The notes under the pieces: model-generated
Database searches by the model: none
What the model was told of the DNA's origin: nothing
What the model saw: the letters and a program-made list of their open reading frames with translations, nothing else
Shown here: positions 20,494-32,430 of the stretch, piece after piece
Numbering within the stretch: the stretch's first letter is position 1
Layout of the letters: each line of letters begins with the position of its first letter
DNA from: Bacteroidota bacterium
GTDB taxonomy: Bacteria; Bacteroidota; Bacteroidia; Flavobacteriales_D; Crocinitomicaceae
Length of the DNA stretch: 64,000 bases
Direction: 5' to 3'
NCBI GenBank assembly: GCA_046046325.1
Contig: JBJOJZ010000079.1
Location: forward strand, 7,274-71,273
Program-made: the position numbers and the translations under genes

Positions 20494-21768
20494 ATGCAAG
20501 CTTTATTTGAACTTTTTTACCAAACAAGCGGCGTATGCACCGATACACGTACCCTCGTGAAGAACTGCATGTTCATTTGCCTACAAGGTGACCGCTTTGA
20601 TGCCAATGAATTTGCTGAAAAAGCAATAGATTCAGGTGCAAAACATGTTATTTCTTCAGACTATACGAAATGCAACGGAATCAACATCCATTATGTTGAG
20701 AATACGTTAATTTTTCTGCAGAACCTTGCCAACTTTCACCGAAAAAAATTCAATATCCCTGTAATCGGAATTACGGGCAGCAACGGTAAAACCACTACTA
20801 AGGAATTGGTGCACGCAGTTTTAAAAACAACCCATAAAGTCTTGTGCACCCAAGGCAATTTAAACAATCATATTGGAGTACCACTCACCCTACTCCAACT
20901 GCAGTCAGAACACGAAATTGCCATCGTTGAAATGGGGGCTAACCGACCAGGTGACATTGAGGAACTGTGTGAAATTGCTTCTCCAACTCATGGTATCATT
21001 ACCAACATAGGTAGAGCTCACTTGGAAGGATTCGGCTCATTTGAAGGAGTACTTTCAACGAAACTGGCATTGTACGAAGCAGTATCTGCTCATCAAGGTA
21101 TTTTATTCGTGAATGCCGATGATGCTACTTTAATGGAGCATTTACCCCACCTAAGACTTGATACCTATTCTTCCCACAACGAAGCGGAAGTATTAGGAAA
21201 AATCCATGAACTGAATCCCTTTCTTTCGTTTACCTATAAAACCCAAGAGGGCGTTTTTGGACCCATTCAAACCCACTTAGTAGGGTCCTATAACTTATTC
21301 AATTTTTTAACAGCCGTCAGCGTTGGAAGGCACTTTGGCGTCTCCAATGACAATATTGCTAATGCACTAAGCACCTACATTCCCACCAACAACCGTTCCC
21401 AGGTGCAACAAACCGCACGAAACACGTTAATCGTAGATTGCTATAATGCGAATCCGTCCAGCATGAACGCTGCACTTTCATCCTTCGAACGCATGAAGGC
21501 AAACAAAAAGTTAGCGATTTTAGGCGACATGTTAGAATTAGGGAAGGTTTCGAACGAAGAACATTATAAAACCCTCGAAACTTGCCGAAGCGCCAACCTT
21601 CCTTTCATCACCGTAGGTAAAGAGTTTGGTCAAATTGCACTTTCGAATCACTTTGAGAACGTTCAGCAGCTTATAGATAGCGGTATTTTATCAAGTATCC
21701 ATGAAACCACCCTTTTAGTAAAGGGTTCGCGCGGTATCGGTTTGGAAAAAATCATCCCCTATCTTTAA
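20494..21768 (+). CDS. murF: UDP-N-acetylmuramoyl-tripeptide--D-alanyl-D-alanine ligase
   Basis: Mur ligase P-loop [14 protein letters not shown]-terminal CTDTRTL block. Length 424 aa. Confidence 0.9.
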   Translation: MQALFELFYQTSGVCTDTRTLVKNCMFICLQGDRFDANEFAEKAIDSGAKHVISSDYTKCNGINIHYVENTLIFLQNLANFHRKKFNIPVIGITGSNGKTTTKELVHAVLKTTHKVLCTQGNLNNHIGVPLTLLQLQSEHEIAIVEMGANRPGDIEELCEIASPTHGIITNIGRAHLEGFGSFEGVLSTKLALYEAVSAHQGILFVNADDATLMEHLPHLRLDTYSSHNEAEVLGKIHELNPFLSFTYKTQEGVFGPIQTHLVGSYNLFNFLTAVSVGRHFGVSNDNIANALSTYIPTNNRSQVQQTARNTLIVDCYNANPSSMNAALSSFERMKANKKLAILGDMLELGKVSNEEHYKTLETCRSANLPFITVGKEFGQIALSNHFENVQQLIDSGILSSIHETTLLVKGSRGIGLEKIIPYL

Positions 21769-22847
21769 CCACCGTATTGCATTAAAAAGGATTTTAGAAA
21801 GGTGTCCAAGTCACCGTTCATGACACCTTCCACATCGGAAGTTTCGGTCCCTGTTCGTACGTCTTTGACCAATTTGTAGGGGTGCATCACGTAGTTTCTA
21901 ATCTGCGAACCCCACTCGATCTTCTTTTTTCCCGCCTCAATTTCGCTGCGTTTTTCCATTCGCTCGCGCAATTCCAATTCGTACAATTGCGATCTTAACA
22001 ACTGCATGGCTTTTTCCTTGTTCGCTAACTGGGAACGAGACTCGGAATTCTCAATGATAATGCCTGAAGGAGCGTGTCGTAACCGCACGGCAGTTTCAAC
22101 CTTATTGACGTTTTGACCTCCTGCTCCACCGGATCGAAAGGTCTCCCACGTTATATCCGCCGGATTGACGTTGATCTCAATATTATCATCCACCAACGGG
22201 TATACATATACCGAAACAAAAGAGGTGTGGCGTTTTGCGTTGGAATCGAACGGAGAAATTCGCACCAAACGGTGTACCCCATTCTCCCCTTTCAAATAAC
22301 CAAAAGCAAACTCTCCGTCAAATTCTAATGAAACCGTTTTTATTCCGGCCACATCTCCTTCTTGAAGGTTTAATTCGGCAATTTTATAACCTTGTTTTTG
22401 CGCCCACATGGTGTACATGCGGGTTAGCATGGATGCCCAATCGCACGATTCCGTTCCACCTGCACCCGCAGTGATTTGAATAACCGCGCTCAATGAATCT
22501 TCTTCGTTGGAAAGCATATTTTTTAACTCCAACTCTTCTACCCTATTGATTAAAAAGGAATATTGTTCTTCTACTTCTTGTGAAGTAGCACCTCCTTCCT
22601 TTTCAAACTCGATGAGTACTTGTAAATCATCGTAACCAGATTGGATAGATTTGAATCCATCTACCCAGTACTTTAATCCTCGAATTACTTTCATTTGCGC
22701 CTCGGCTTTCTTTGGATCGTCCCAAAAAGATGGGTCTTGTGTGCGCAATTCTTCTTCGCTTAATTGTTGAGTTTTTTCGGCAATTTTTAAGTAGACGAAA
22801 ATCTTTTGAATTCTTTGCTCTAAATCCTTATTCTGTTCACTGGTCAT
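21765..22847 (-). CDS. prfB: peptide chain release factor 2 (no programmed frameshift)
   Basis: SPF tripeptide (RISPFDS) and GGQ ([18 protein letters not shown]). Continuous ORF. The ATG at 22847 is preferred over the GTG at 22853, which lies inside a -7 box. Confidence 0.9.
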   Translation of the reverse strand: MTSEQNKDLEQRIQKIFVYLKIAEKTQQLSEEELRTQDPSFWDDPKKAEAQMKVIRGLKYWVDGFKSIQSGYDDLQVLIEFEKEGGATSQEVEEQYSFLINRVEELELKNMLSNEEDSLSAVIQITAGAGGTESCDWASMLTRMYTMWAQKQGYKIAELNLQEGDVAGIKTVSLEFDGEFAFGYLKGENGVHRLVRISPFDSNAKRHTSFVSVYVYPLVDDNIEINVNPADITWETFRSGGAGGQNVNKVETAVRLRHAPSGIIIENSESRSQLANKEKAMQLLRSQLYELELRERMEKRSEIEAGKKKIEWGSQIRNYVMHPYKLVKDVRTGTETSDVEGVMNGDLDTFLKSFLMQYGG

Positions 22848-22852
22848 AAGCA

Positions 22853-22860
22853 CAAAAATA
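22853..22860 (-). promoter_or_regulatory. candidate -7 box for prfB
   Basis: TATTTTTG on the minus strand. 5 nt to the ATG at 22847. Confidence 0.4.
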
Positions 22861-22900
22861 CAAAACTTCGATGCTTTCGTTGAGAATCATTACTTTATAT

Positions 22901-22908
22901 TACTTTTG
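22901..22908 (+). promoter_or_regulatory. candidate -7 box for gcvH
   Basis: TACTTTTG. 14 nt to the ATG. Confidence 0.45.
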
Positions 22909-22922
22909 TAAAAAAAGAAATC

Positions 22923-23300
22923 ATGAGCGTACCCACTAATTTAAAATACACCAAAGAACACGAATGGATTCTCATCGAAGGCGATGTAGCAACTATTGGA
23001 ATAACCGATTTCGCACAAGGCGAATTGGGGGATATTGTTTATGTTGAGATAGAAACTGTTGGGGAAACCTTAAGTAAAGACGAAGTTTTTGGTTCCGTTG
23101 AAGCGGTAAAAACCGTTTCTGACTTGTTCATGCCTGTTAGCGGTGAAATCCTAGCGTTGAATGAGGCATTGGAAGGAAATCCAGAGGCTGTCAATAAAGA
23201 CCCATACGGCGAGGGATGGATGATCAAAGTTCGCGTCAGCGACCCTGCTGAATTGGATCAATTAATGGATGCGGAAGCCTATCAAGATCTTGTTGGATAA
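22923..23300 (+). CDS. gcvH: glycine cleavage system protein H
   Basis: Lipoyl-lysine context (GSVEAVKTVSDLFMPVSG). Length 125 aa. Confidence 0.92.
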   Translation: MSVPTNLKYTKEHEWILIEGDVATIGITDFAQGELGDIVYVEIETVGETLSKDEVFGSVEAVKTVSDLFMPVSGEILALNEALEGNPEAVNKDPYGEGWMIKVRVSDPAELDQLMDAEAYQDLVG

Positions 23301-23318
23301 CCTAGTATAAAATGCATT

Positions 23319-23352
23319 AAAAAAGCCCTGACGGTTTCGTCAGGGCTTTTTT
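23319..23352. terminator. bidirectional intrinsic terminator between gcvH and gyrB
   Basis: AAAAA, stem AGCCCTGACG, loop GTTT, stem CGTCAGGGCT, TTTTT. A 10-bp stem flanked by an A-run and a T-run. Confidence 0.85.
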
Positions 23353-23353
23353 G

Positions 23354-25309
<1,956 letters not shown>

Positions 25310-25346
25310 TTAACTTCGTTTTAAATTCTGTTAAAAAATCGAAGAA

Positions 25347-25354
25347 CAAAAATA
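25347..25354 (-). promoter_or_regulatory. candidate -7 box for gyrB
   Basis: TATTTTTG on the minus strand. 40 nt to the ATG. Confidence 0.35.
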
Positions 25355-25426
25355 GCGAAATAGGCGAAAAAATAAGAATCAAAAAATGCTTGAAAGCCTT
25401 AACTTATCAACAATAATTTAACCGGA

Positions 25427-26020
25427 TCACTTTGATTTTATCCATTGAACAATGGATGGATCGTCGGGCTGCATGGAAGGGTCAATTACTCCCACCAAAA
25501 ACCCGTTCTCGTCCAACAGGTATTTTTGAAAATTCCATTTAACATCGTTATCCTGAAGGGCATTTTGGTTCAGGGAGGTCAGAAATTGGTATACGGGATG
25601 CATGTCGTTTCCTTTAACCGAAATTTTCGACATCATAGGAAAAGAAACACCGTAATTTTTGGCACAGAAAGCAGCAATTTCTTCATTACTTCCTGGTTCT
25701 TGCCCCATAAAATTATTGGCAGGGAAACCAATGATTACAAAGTTTGAATCCTTGAATTGCTGATACAAAGCCTCCAGGCTTTTGTATTGAGGTGTAAGCC
25801 CACATTTTGAGGCCGTATTGACCACCATAATTTTCTTACCCTTCAAGGTAAGGAAGGAAAACGGATTGCCGTCGATGTCGGTTACCGTGAATTCATGAAT
25901 TGACTTTTTCTCCATGGGTGCTGAAATGGATGAGGGTGAGTTTTGGATGTCTTTTCGTCTACTGGTTCCACAACTTAACATGAACCCTGCGATCGTCATT
26001 AATACAAATATAATTTTCAT
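25427..26020 (-). CDS. glutathione peroxidase family protein with lipoprotein-type signal
   Basis: NTASKCGLTPQY (peroxidatic Cys), FPANNFMGQEPG, WNFQKYL. The ATG at 26020 (MKIIFVLMTIAGFMLSC) is preferred over the track start at 26053. Confidence 0.85.
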   Translation of the reverse strand: MKIIFVLMTIAGFMLSCGTSRRKDIQNSPSSISAPMEKKSIHEFTVTDIDGNPFSFLTLKGKKIMVVNTASKCGLTPQYKSLEALYQQFKDSNFVIIGFPANNFMGQEPGSNEEIAAFCAKNYGVSFPMMSKISVKGNDMHPVYQFLTSLNQNALQDNDVKWNFQKYLLDENGFLVGVIDPSMQPDDPSIVQWIKSK

Positions 26021-26064
26021 AACTGAATTTACCTTCAAACAAAGTATAACCAAAATAGTTTAAT

Positions 26065-26072
26065 TACGTTTG
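26065..26072 (+). promoter_or_regulatory. candidate -7 box for the OmpA-family gene
   Basis: TACGTTTG. 6 nt to the ATG at 26079. Confidence 0.4.
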
Positions 26073-26078
26073 TGCGGT

Positions 26079-26927
26079 ATGCGAATTGCTACACTAATAC
26101 TTTTTTGTTGCTGCAGTCAATTGTTCGGACAGTCTTTTAAAATCTCGGGCAATTGGAGCGGCATCATCACCGACTCGCTCTTCACGAAAAGTCATCCAGC
26201 ATTGTTGCAGATTAAAGGTATTAACGGTCATGCAACGGGGATTTTTCGCATCGACACCCCGGAAGGATTTTGTCAATATGAGGTTACGGGGGCCTATAAA
26301 AAAAAGAAGCATTTCATCCTTAAATCTTCCTCTAAAGCACAATTGGCATCCAAAGGCTTTGAATCCGTTCCGTTTGAATTCACTTTTCACTACGATGACT
26401 CGAGTGAGTATGTCGTTGGCACTTTAAATTGTATAGGAAGTGCTTTTCATCGATTTAAGTTGTTTTTGGAATGGGATGAGAGTCCGTACAATCTCAACGA
26501 GGAAAATTCACTTTCTAAAATTGGTGCTCAAGCCATGGCTTATCGAATAAAGCTGAATGTCCCTGCGAAATCCAAGCGCATGAAGGAACTCGCCCGTTTT
26601 CAATTCATTCCGATTTATTTTGATGTGGATCGTTATGAAATAGACAGCACCTATTTCGCTTATTTGGAAAAATTAACGAGGATTCTGAATAGCCATAGCG
26701 ATTTGCGATTGAAAATCATTGGACATACAGATGCGGACGGAAGCGATGAATATAACTTGAGCCTATCAAAAAATCGCGCAAATGCGATTTTTCTACACAT
26801 GGTAGCATTAGGAATTTCGCCAGACCGCATGATTTTTGAGTTTCAAGGGGAAAGCCAACCCGCTGAAAGCAATGAAAACGAGCGCGGAAAACAACGCAAC
26901 CGAAGGGTTGAATTCGCGTTTATTTAG
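26079..26927 (+). CDS. OmpA-family (peptidoglycan-associated) protein with uncharacterised N-terminal domain
   Basis: C-terminal OmpA_C block (GHTDADGSDEYNLSLSKNRANAI ... NRRVEF). Signal peptide from the ATG at 26079. Confidence 0.8.
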   Translation: MRIATLILFCCCSQLFGQSFKISGNWSGIITDSLFTKSHPALLQIKGINGHATGIFRIDTPEGFCQYEVTGAYKKKKHFILKSSSKAQLASKGFESVPFEFTFHYDDSSEYVVGTLNCIGSAFHRFKLFLEWDESPYNLNEENSLSKIGAQAMAYRIKLNVPAKSKRMKELARFQFIPIYFDVDRYEIDSTYFAYLEKLTRILNSHSDLRLKIIGHTDADGSDEYNLSLSKNRANAIFLHMVALGISPDRMIFEFQGESQPAESNENERGKQRNRRVEFAFI

Positions 26928-26931
26928 GAAA

Positions 26932-29553
26932 TTATCCTAAACGAGTTAAGCGATCGTTCAATAGAGCAATTTTTTGTAACGTATCAGATTCCTTTTTGAT
27001 TTCGTTGTCGATCACTTGCTTTGGGGCAGAATTCACAAAACGCTCGTTCTTAAGTTTAACTTGAACGGAATCAAGAAACCCATGCAAATAAACCAGTTCA
27101 GAATTGATTTTTTCTTTTTCCGCCTCAATATCGACCATTTCACCAAATGGAATAAAATACTCAATCCCTTGAACCATAAAACAATGTGCCCCGATTGGGG
27201 GATTATCTATGCTTGAAAAACTGACCAAATTGGCCATTTTAAGAATAACCGAAGGTATAATATTGCCTTTATCTCCAACATAATTCAAGGTAAGTTTTAC
27301 TTTATTGGCTACGGACTGTTCTTTACGAAAATTTCGAACACCCGTAATCACATCGAACGAAACTTGCATGCGCTCCAACACTTCTGTATTCATTGAATTG
27401 GACGTTGGCCAAGAACTAACAACCACATCCTCGCCTTGCGGTCGACTTTTTAATGCATGCCAAATTTCCTCCGTTACAAAAGGCATAAAAGGGTGGAGAA
27501 TTTTCATCAAGTACTCAAAAAACAGGATAGTGCTTTCTTTCGTCTTTTGGTCCACGGGTTGTTCAAAACCCGGTTTAATCATTTCCAAATACCAAGAACA
27601 AAAATCATCCCAAACCAATTTGTAGGACTCCATCAAGGCCTCTGAAATACGAAACTTATCAAATAGGTTATTTAATACCGGTATGGTTGCGTCCAATTTA
27701 GTTTGAAACCAATCCACAGCAACTTTGGCGTGCTCTGGTTGGTCGAAGTCTCGAACCTCCCAACCGGCAATTAATCGGTAGGCATTCCAAATCTTATTGG
27801 CAAAATTCCTTCCTTGTTCGCATTGAGAAGTATCGAAAGGCAGGTCGTTACCGGCAGGAGACGAAATCAAAACTCCCATTCGGACCCCGTCGGCTCCAAA
27901 CTGCTTAATTAAATCGATGGGATCCGGAGAATTGCCCAAAGACTTCGACATTTTTCTACCTAATTTATCACGAACGATCCCCGTAAAATAGACGTTTCGA
28001 AACGGTAAATTGCCCAAATATTCATAACCAGCAACAATCATTCTTGCAACCCAAAAAAACATAATTTCGGGGGCTGTAACTAAATCATTCGTTGGATAAT
28101 AGTAGGAAATTTCTTCATTCTTTGGTTCAGTTAATCCCTTGAAAACAGAAATAGGCCAAAGCCAACTTGAAAACCAAGTATCGAGTACGTCTTGGTCTTG
28201 TCGAAGGTCATGAATGCTCAAGGGTTTGCCAAGTTTTTGCTCTGCTTTTTTAAGTGCTTCCTCTGCATTCTTGGCTACTACATAATCGTTCGTTCCAGGT
28301 CCGAAATACCATGCAGGGATTTGGTGTCCCCACCATAATTGTCGAGAAATACACCAGTCTTTGATGTTCTCCATCCAATGTCGGTAGGTGTTTTTAAACT
28401 TCTCGGGGTAAAATTTAATGGTGTCGTTCATCACATTTTCCAAAGCGGGCTTGGACAATTCTTCCATGGACAAAAACCATTGAAGGGACAGTTTAGGTTC
28501 AATAACGGCATTGGTTCTTTCCGAAAAGCCTACCTTATTCAAGTGATCTTCAGTTTTCACTAAATAACCTTTATCCTTAAGTTCATGAGCTATCTGTTTG
28601 CGAACCTCAAACCGATCAAGGCCTTGATAATGCATACCATTCTGATTCAATGTCCCGTTATCGTTGAACAAATCTATGCTCTCTAGGTTGTGTGTTTTTC
28701 CTAAAGCATAGTCGTTGATATCATGAGCTGGAGTAACCTTTAAGCAACCTGTTCCAAACGTCGGATCCACATATGCATCGGCAATCACAGGAATCCAACG
28801 ACCGCTTATCGGAACTTGAACGCGTTTCCCAACAAGGTTTGCATAGCGTAGATCCTCTGGGTTTACACATATTGCGGTATCGCCTAAAATGGTTTCGGGG
28901 CGCGTAGTTGCCACGGTTAGCCAATCGTCCTCACTCCCCTCTAACTTATATCGAACGAAATAAAGTCGAGAATTAACCTCTTTGTACATCACTTCTTCGT
29001 CTGAGACCGCAGTTAAAGCCTCAGGATCCCAATTAACCATTCGAACCCCCCGGTAAATCTTTCCTTTTTCAAACAGATCCACAAAAACCTGAATAACCGA
29101 ATTAGAATAATCTGGATCCATGGTAAAATGAGTTCTTTCCCAATCGCAAGAAGCCCCTAATTTTTTCAATTGCTCGAGAATAATGCCTCCGTGTTTATCC
29201 TTCCAAGCAAAGGCATGTTCCAAAAACTGTTCTCTGCTTAAATCTGATTTATTGATTCCCTCAAGTTTCAATTTTTGCACCACTTTTGCCTCGGTTGCAA
29301 TCGAGGCATGGTCGGTTCCCGGAACCCAACAGGCATTTTTACCGAGCATACGAGCCCTTCGAACCAACACATCTTGAAGGGTGTTGTTGAGCATGTGGCC
29401 CATATGCAATACCCCAGTAACGTTTGGGGGAGGAATCACAACAGTATAAGGCTCTCGGTGGTCGGGCACGGAACGAAAGTACTGTTGATCCATCCAGTGC
29501 TGGTACCATTTTGCTTCGATCGGTTCGGGATTAAATGTTTTTGGCAATTCCAT
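26932..29553 (-). CDS. valS: valine--tRNA ligase
   Basis: [13 protein letters not shown] (HIGH), KMSKSLGN and a C-terminal coiled coil. Length 873 aa. Confidence 0.95.
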   Translation of the reverse strand: MELPKTFNPEPIEAKWYQHWMDQQYFRSVPDHREPYTVVIPPPNVTGVLHMGHMLNNTLQDVLVRRARMLGKNACWVPGTDHASIATEAKVVQKLKLEGINKSDLSREQFLEHAFAWKDKHGGIILEQLKKLGASCDWERTHFTMDPDYSNSVIQVFVDLFEKGKIYRGVRMVNWDPEALTAVSDEEVMYKEVNSRLYFVRYKLEGSEDDWLTVATTRPETILGDTAICVNPEDLRYANLVGKRVQVPISGRWIPVIADAYVDPTFGTGCLKVTPAHDINDYALGKTHNLESIDLFNDNGTLNQNGMHYQGLDRFEVRKQIAHELKDKGYLVKTEDHLNKVGFSERTNAVIEPKLSLQWFLSMEELSKPALENVMNDTIKFYPEKFKNTYRHWMENIKDWCISRQLWWGHQIPAWYFGPGTNDYVVAKNAEEALKKAEQKLGKPLSIHDLRQDQDVLDTWFSSWLWPISVFKGLTEPKNEEISYYYPTNDLVTAPEIMFFWVARMIVAGYEYLGNLPFRNVYFTGIVRDKLGRKMSKSLGNSPDPIDLIKQFGADGVRMGVLISSPAGNDLPFDTSQCEQGRNFANKIWNAYRLIAGWEVRDFDQPEHAKVAVDWFQTKLDATIPVLNNLFDKFRISEALMESYKLVWDDFCSWYLEMIKPGFEQPVDQKTKESTILFFEYLMKILHPFMPFVTEEIWHALKSRPQGEDVVVSSWPTSNSMNTEVLERMQVSFDVITGVRNFRKEQSVANKVKLTLNYVGDKGNIIPSVILKMANLVSFSSIDNPPIGAHCFMVQGIEYFIPFGEMVDIEAEKEKINSELVYLHGFLDSVQVKLKNERFVNSAPKQVIDNEIKKESDTLQKIALLNDRLTRLG

Positions 29554-29592
29554 ATTGGCAAATAAAATGAGGTGAGATTTACGGGGCGTACA

Positions 29593-29973
29593 TTAATTTT
29601 TTTGAGGAAGCACATTCCCGCGTATGGTCAAAACGACTGGTTCTCCAACATCTGGAGTCACGGTAATGGACTTGACAAATTCCCCAACACGTTTTGTATC
29701 GTAGGAAACACTTATCTGTCCTTGAGCTTTTTTGGCTATGGCATCGATGGGTTTATCAGCCGTTGTGCATCCACAACTTGTTTGCACCGATACTATCCTA
29801 ATTGGCTCTTTGCCGTTGTTTTTGAAGGTAAAGACAAACAAATCTTTAGCGTCGTAGGGAATATCCTGACGTACAATTTCCACCGCATCAAATGCTAAAA
29901 CAGGCTTTTTCGTTTTTTGACTGAATAGAACAATGGGTGCGAACATTAATAAGGCAAACAAGGAATGCTTCAT
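29593..29973 (-). CDS. DUF1573-like secreted protein
   Basis: Signal peptide, then an Ig-like domain with the characteristic SCGCT motif (VQTSCGCTTA). Length 126 aa. Confidence 0.7.
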   Translation of the reverse strand: MKHSLFALLMFAPIVLFSQKTKKPVLAFDAVEIVRQDIPYDAKDLFVFTFKNNGKEPIRIVSVQTSCGCTTADKPIDAIAKKAQGQISVSYDTKRVGEFVKSITVTPDVGEPVVLTIRGNVLPQKN

Positions 29974-29992
29974 GATTAATTTTTACGCAAAA

Positions 29993-30598
29993 CTAACCAA
30001 TAAATTCATTTTGTCTTTGGAATGACTCCCAAATCCAACGGATCATACGATAACTATTCTCTAAACGTTCGCTTACTTTTTCAAAAGGAACAAACTCAAC
30101 TTTGCTGATGCCCTCATTGCGTTGCGGGGTTAACTGATAGTTACTTGCCGCATGCATTCTGTACCAATGGGTTTCTTTCAAAATGAATTTTCCTTTAGCC
30201 GGGTAAACATGATAGGTTATTAAGGGAACCTCTGCTTTAACCGTTAAATCCAGTTGACCGCATTCTTCGCGAACCTCTCGTAGCGCGGTTTGCATCGGAA
30301 ATTCTCCCGATTCCATCCACCCTTTTGGAAGATCCCATTGATTGTTACGGAAAATCATTAGCAGGTTGTTACCGGAACAAACAATTCCTCCTGCAGCAAC
30401 AACCCTTTTGAAAGCACTACAAAAAACCTCGAAAGGAATTCCAAGGTCAAATTGCTCATTTGTTTGAGAATGAATCAATTGCCATATTTTCTCAGCTTTT
30501 AGATCTTTCTTCTTCCAATCACTTTGCTCCCAATCTTGTTGATAACTCAAAAAAACGAGGCATTTATTTTCGGTAAAAACAAAATACTTTTGCGCCAT
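29993..30598 (-). CDS. NUDIX hydrolase with ~70-aa N-terminal extension
   Basis: Nudix box GWMESGEFPMQTALREVREECG. The start codon overlaps the pyrE start codon (CATG at 30596-30599). Confidence 0.8.
   Translation of the reverse strand: MAQKYFVFTENKCLVFLSYQQDWEQSDWKKKDLKAEKIWQLIHSQTNEQFDLGIPFEVFCSAFKRVVAAGGIVCSGNNLLMIFRNNQWDLPKGWMESGEFPMQTALREVREECGQLDLTVKAEVPLITYHVYPAKGKFILKETHWYRMHAASNYQLTPQRNEGISKVEFVPFEKVSERLENSYRMIRWIWESFQRQNEFIG
30585..30592 (+). promoter_or_regulatory. candidate -7 box for pyrE, embedded in NUDIX codons 3-5
   Basis: TACTTTTG. 4 nt to the pyrE ATG. Confidence 0.4.
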
Positions 30599-31244
30599 GG
30601 TTTACGACAAAGATAGTGCAATGCGCATTGCTGGTGAGTTATTGAAAATAAAAGCGGTAAAACTTCAGCCGGAGAATCCTTTTACATGGGCCTCTGGTTG
30701 GAAATCTCCCATATACTGCGATAATCGTAAGACGCTTTCGTTTCCAATGGTTCGAACTTTTATCCGACAAAAATTTTCTGAAATCATCGACAAAGAATAC
30801 GGTAAACCGGATGTCATTGCAGGAATTGCTACCGGTGGAATACCTCAAGGGGTATTAGTCGCTCAAGAGCTTGGAATCCCCTTCATTTATGTAAGGAGCA
30901 ATGTGAAAGAGCACGGGTTAGGTAACCTCATCGAAGGCAGTTATGAAGCTGGTCAAAAAGTGGTCGTTGTAGAAGATTTAATTTCTACTGGTGGGAGCAG
31001 TTTATTAGGAGTTCAAGCACTTAAAGACGCAGGGCTTCAAGTACGCGGTTTATTGGCTATTTTCTCGTATGGTTTTGATCAAGCTCAAGTAGCTTTTGAT
31101 GAGGCCTCTTGTCCTTTCATTACCCTTTCTGATTACGACCATTTGATCGAGCAAGCTTTGGCCTTAGACTACATTCGAGAGACGGATTTAGAAGCCCTAA
31201 AGAAATGGAGGGAATTGCCTTCTACATGGACCCCCAAAGCATGA
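30597..31244 (+). CDS. pyrE: orotate phosphoribosyltransferase
   Basis: PENPFTWASGWKSPIYCDNR block and PRPP loop VVVVEDLISTGGSS. Confidence 0.92.
   Translation: MVYDKDSAMRIAGELLKIKAVKLQPENPFTWASGWKSPIYCDNRKTLSFPMVRTFIRQKFSEIIDKEYGKPDVIAGIATGGIPQGVLVAQELGIPFIYVRSNVKEHGLGNLIEGSYEAGQKVVVVEDLISTGGSSLLGVQALKDAGLQVRGLLAIFSYGFDQAQVAFDEASCPFITLSDYDHLIEQALALDYIRETDLEALKKWRELPSTWTPKA
30608..30615 (-). promoter_or_regulatory. candidate -7 box for the NUDIX gene, embedded in pyrE codons 4-7
   Basis: TATCTTTG on the minus strand. 9 nt to the NUDIX ATG. Confidence 0.4.
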
Positions 31245-31645
31245 TCATTCAAAGCGACACCCTAGTAGTTAAATGTTCGTTAGTAGAGGCATTCGATTTT
31301 CTGAGCCAGCCCGCTAACATCGAGTTTTTATTGCCAAAAGAAAGGGTTTCAGATTTCAAATCCGACGAACAACGTTGCGAATTCAAAGTACAGGGCGGCA
31401 TCGTAATTTCTTTGATGTTTCAAGAAAAACATGAAGAGGGAATTTTATACAAAAGCGGATCCAAAGCGCCATTTCCATTCACTTTGCAGATTACTGTAAA
31501 ATCCATTGAAGGAGGAATTGAAGGCTATCTTCGTTTTAACGGCGAGGCTCCAGCTATGGTAGCCATGTTGGCAAAAAACCCGTTGACTGCACTTTTCAAT
31601 GATATGGGACAAAACCTTAAGAAGCGCCTAGAGGAACAAGGGTAA
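31241..31645 (+). CDS. small SRPBCC/START-like protein (tentative)
   Basis: About 134 aa of alpha/beta-looking sequence (VEAFDFLSQPANIEFLLP...). The ATG at 31241 forms an ATGA overlap with the pyrE stop. The family call is by resemblance only. Confidence 0.5.
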   Translation: MIIQSDTLVVKCSLVEAFDFLSQPANIEFLLPKERVSDFKSDEQRCEFKVQGGIVISLMFQEKHEEGILYKSGSKAPFPFTLQITVKSIEGGIEGYLRFNGEAPAMVAMLAKNPLTALFNDMGQNLKKRLEEQG

Positions 31646-32357
31646 TTTCACCTTGTACGTATTGCTTAAGTTGCCCGTCTACCAACATTTCTAACGCCCC
31701 CTCTGTAGAAATCCCTTGAATGTTGCCTTGAAAACGTTCACCGTTTACCTCAAATACCTTTAACTCAGAGATTCCCAACATGTTGTTGATATAAATCTTG
31801 CGTAATTTCAGTTCATCATTCGAATTGAAAGGCATTTCATTAAGTATGGAACAAAAATGCTGCAAAACTTCATTCACGGAGCATACTACCCCAGTTTCAT
31901 GGAGGACCGAGGTAGCATTGATGTCCTTAAAATTGCTTTGGTTAACATTTAAGCCGAGGCCAATCGTTGCCGACTTGACGTCTGTACTTTGAACAACTGC
32001 TTCAATAAGCAACCCTGCGATTTTATTTGAACCCACCCATATGTCATTGGGCCACTTAATTTTGGCTTCAATGTTAAAACGCTTGAGCAATTGAATTAAG
32101 GCGATAGAAACCCAACAATTCAACAAATACATTCGATTAACCGACAAATTGGCAGGAAAATATACCAAGGAACAGGTTAGGTTCATTCCTCTTGCTGCAT
32201 ACCATTGTTTTCCGCGCTGACCTCTGCCACCTGTTTGAAAATCCGCAATGACAACTGTGCCATTTTCTGCCAAACCGTGTTCGATGAGTTGATTGGCATA
32301 ATTGTTCGTTGAATCAATGGAATCCAAACGATGAATGACGCATCCGAAAAATGACAT
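31617..32357 (-). CDS. birA: biotin--[acetyl-CoA-carboxylase] ligase
   Basis: GRGQRGKQW biotin-binding loop and KWPNDI block. No N-terminal HTH (group I type). The 3' end overlaps the convergent neighbour by 29 nt. Confidence 0.88.
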   Translation of the reverse strand: MSFFGCVIHRLDSIDSTNNYANQLIEHGLAENGTVVIADFQTGGRGQRGKQWYAARGMNLTCSLVYFPANLSVNRMYLLNCWVSIALIQLLKRFNIEAKIKWPNDIWVGSNKIAGLLIEAVVQSTDVKSATIGLGLNVNQSNFKDINATSVLHETGVVCSVNEVLQHFCSILNEMPFNSNDELKLRKIYINNMLGISELKVFEVNGERFQGNIQGISTEGALEMLVDGQLKQYVQGEITLVPLGAS

Positions 32358-32381
32358 AGGGTTTTAATACGAATAATAAAT

Positions 32382-32389
32382 CAAAGGTA
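32382..32389 (-). promoter_or_regulatory. candidate -7 box for birA
   Basis: TACCTTTG on the minus strand. 24 nt to the ATG. Confidence 0.45.
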
Positions 32390-32406
32390 AATTTAAAATT
32401 TAGACT

Positions 32407-32414
32407 TAGCTTTG
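32407..32414 (+). promoter_or_regulatory. candidate -7 box for the rsfS-ftsH-cdsA-psd unit
   Basis: TAGCTTTG. 16 nt to the ATG. Confidence 0.45.
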
Positions 32415-32430
32415 TAACTTAAAGCAATTC

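Noticed and set aside
22770-22853. Possible +1 programmed frameshift site in prfB (RF2), as found in many bacteria.
   Set aside because: The ORF is continuous through the region where the frameshift normally lies (...[16 protein letters not shown]...). There is no in-frame stop and no CUU-UGA-type slippery site, so this RF2 appears to be encoded without frameshifting.
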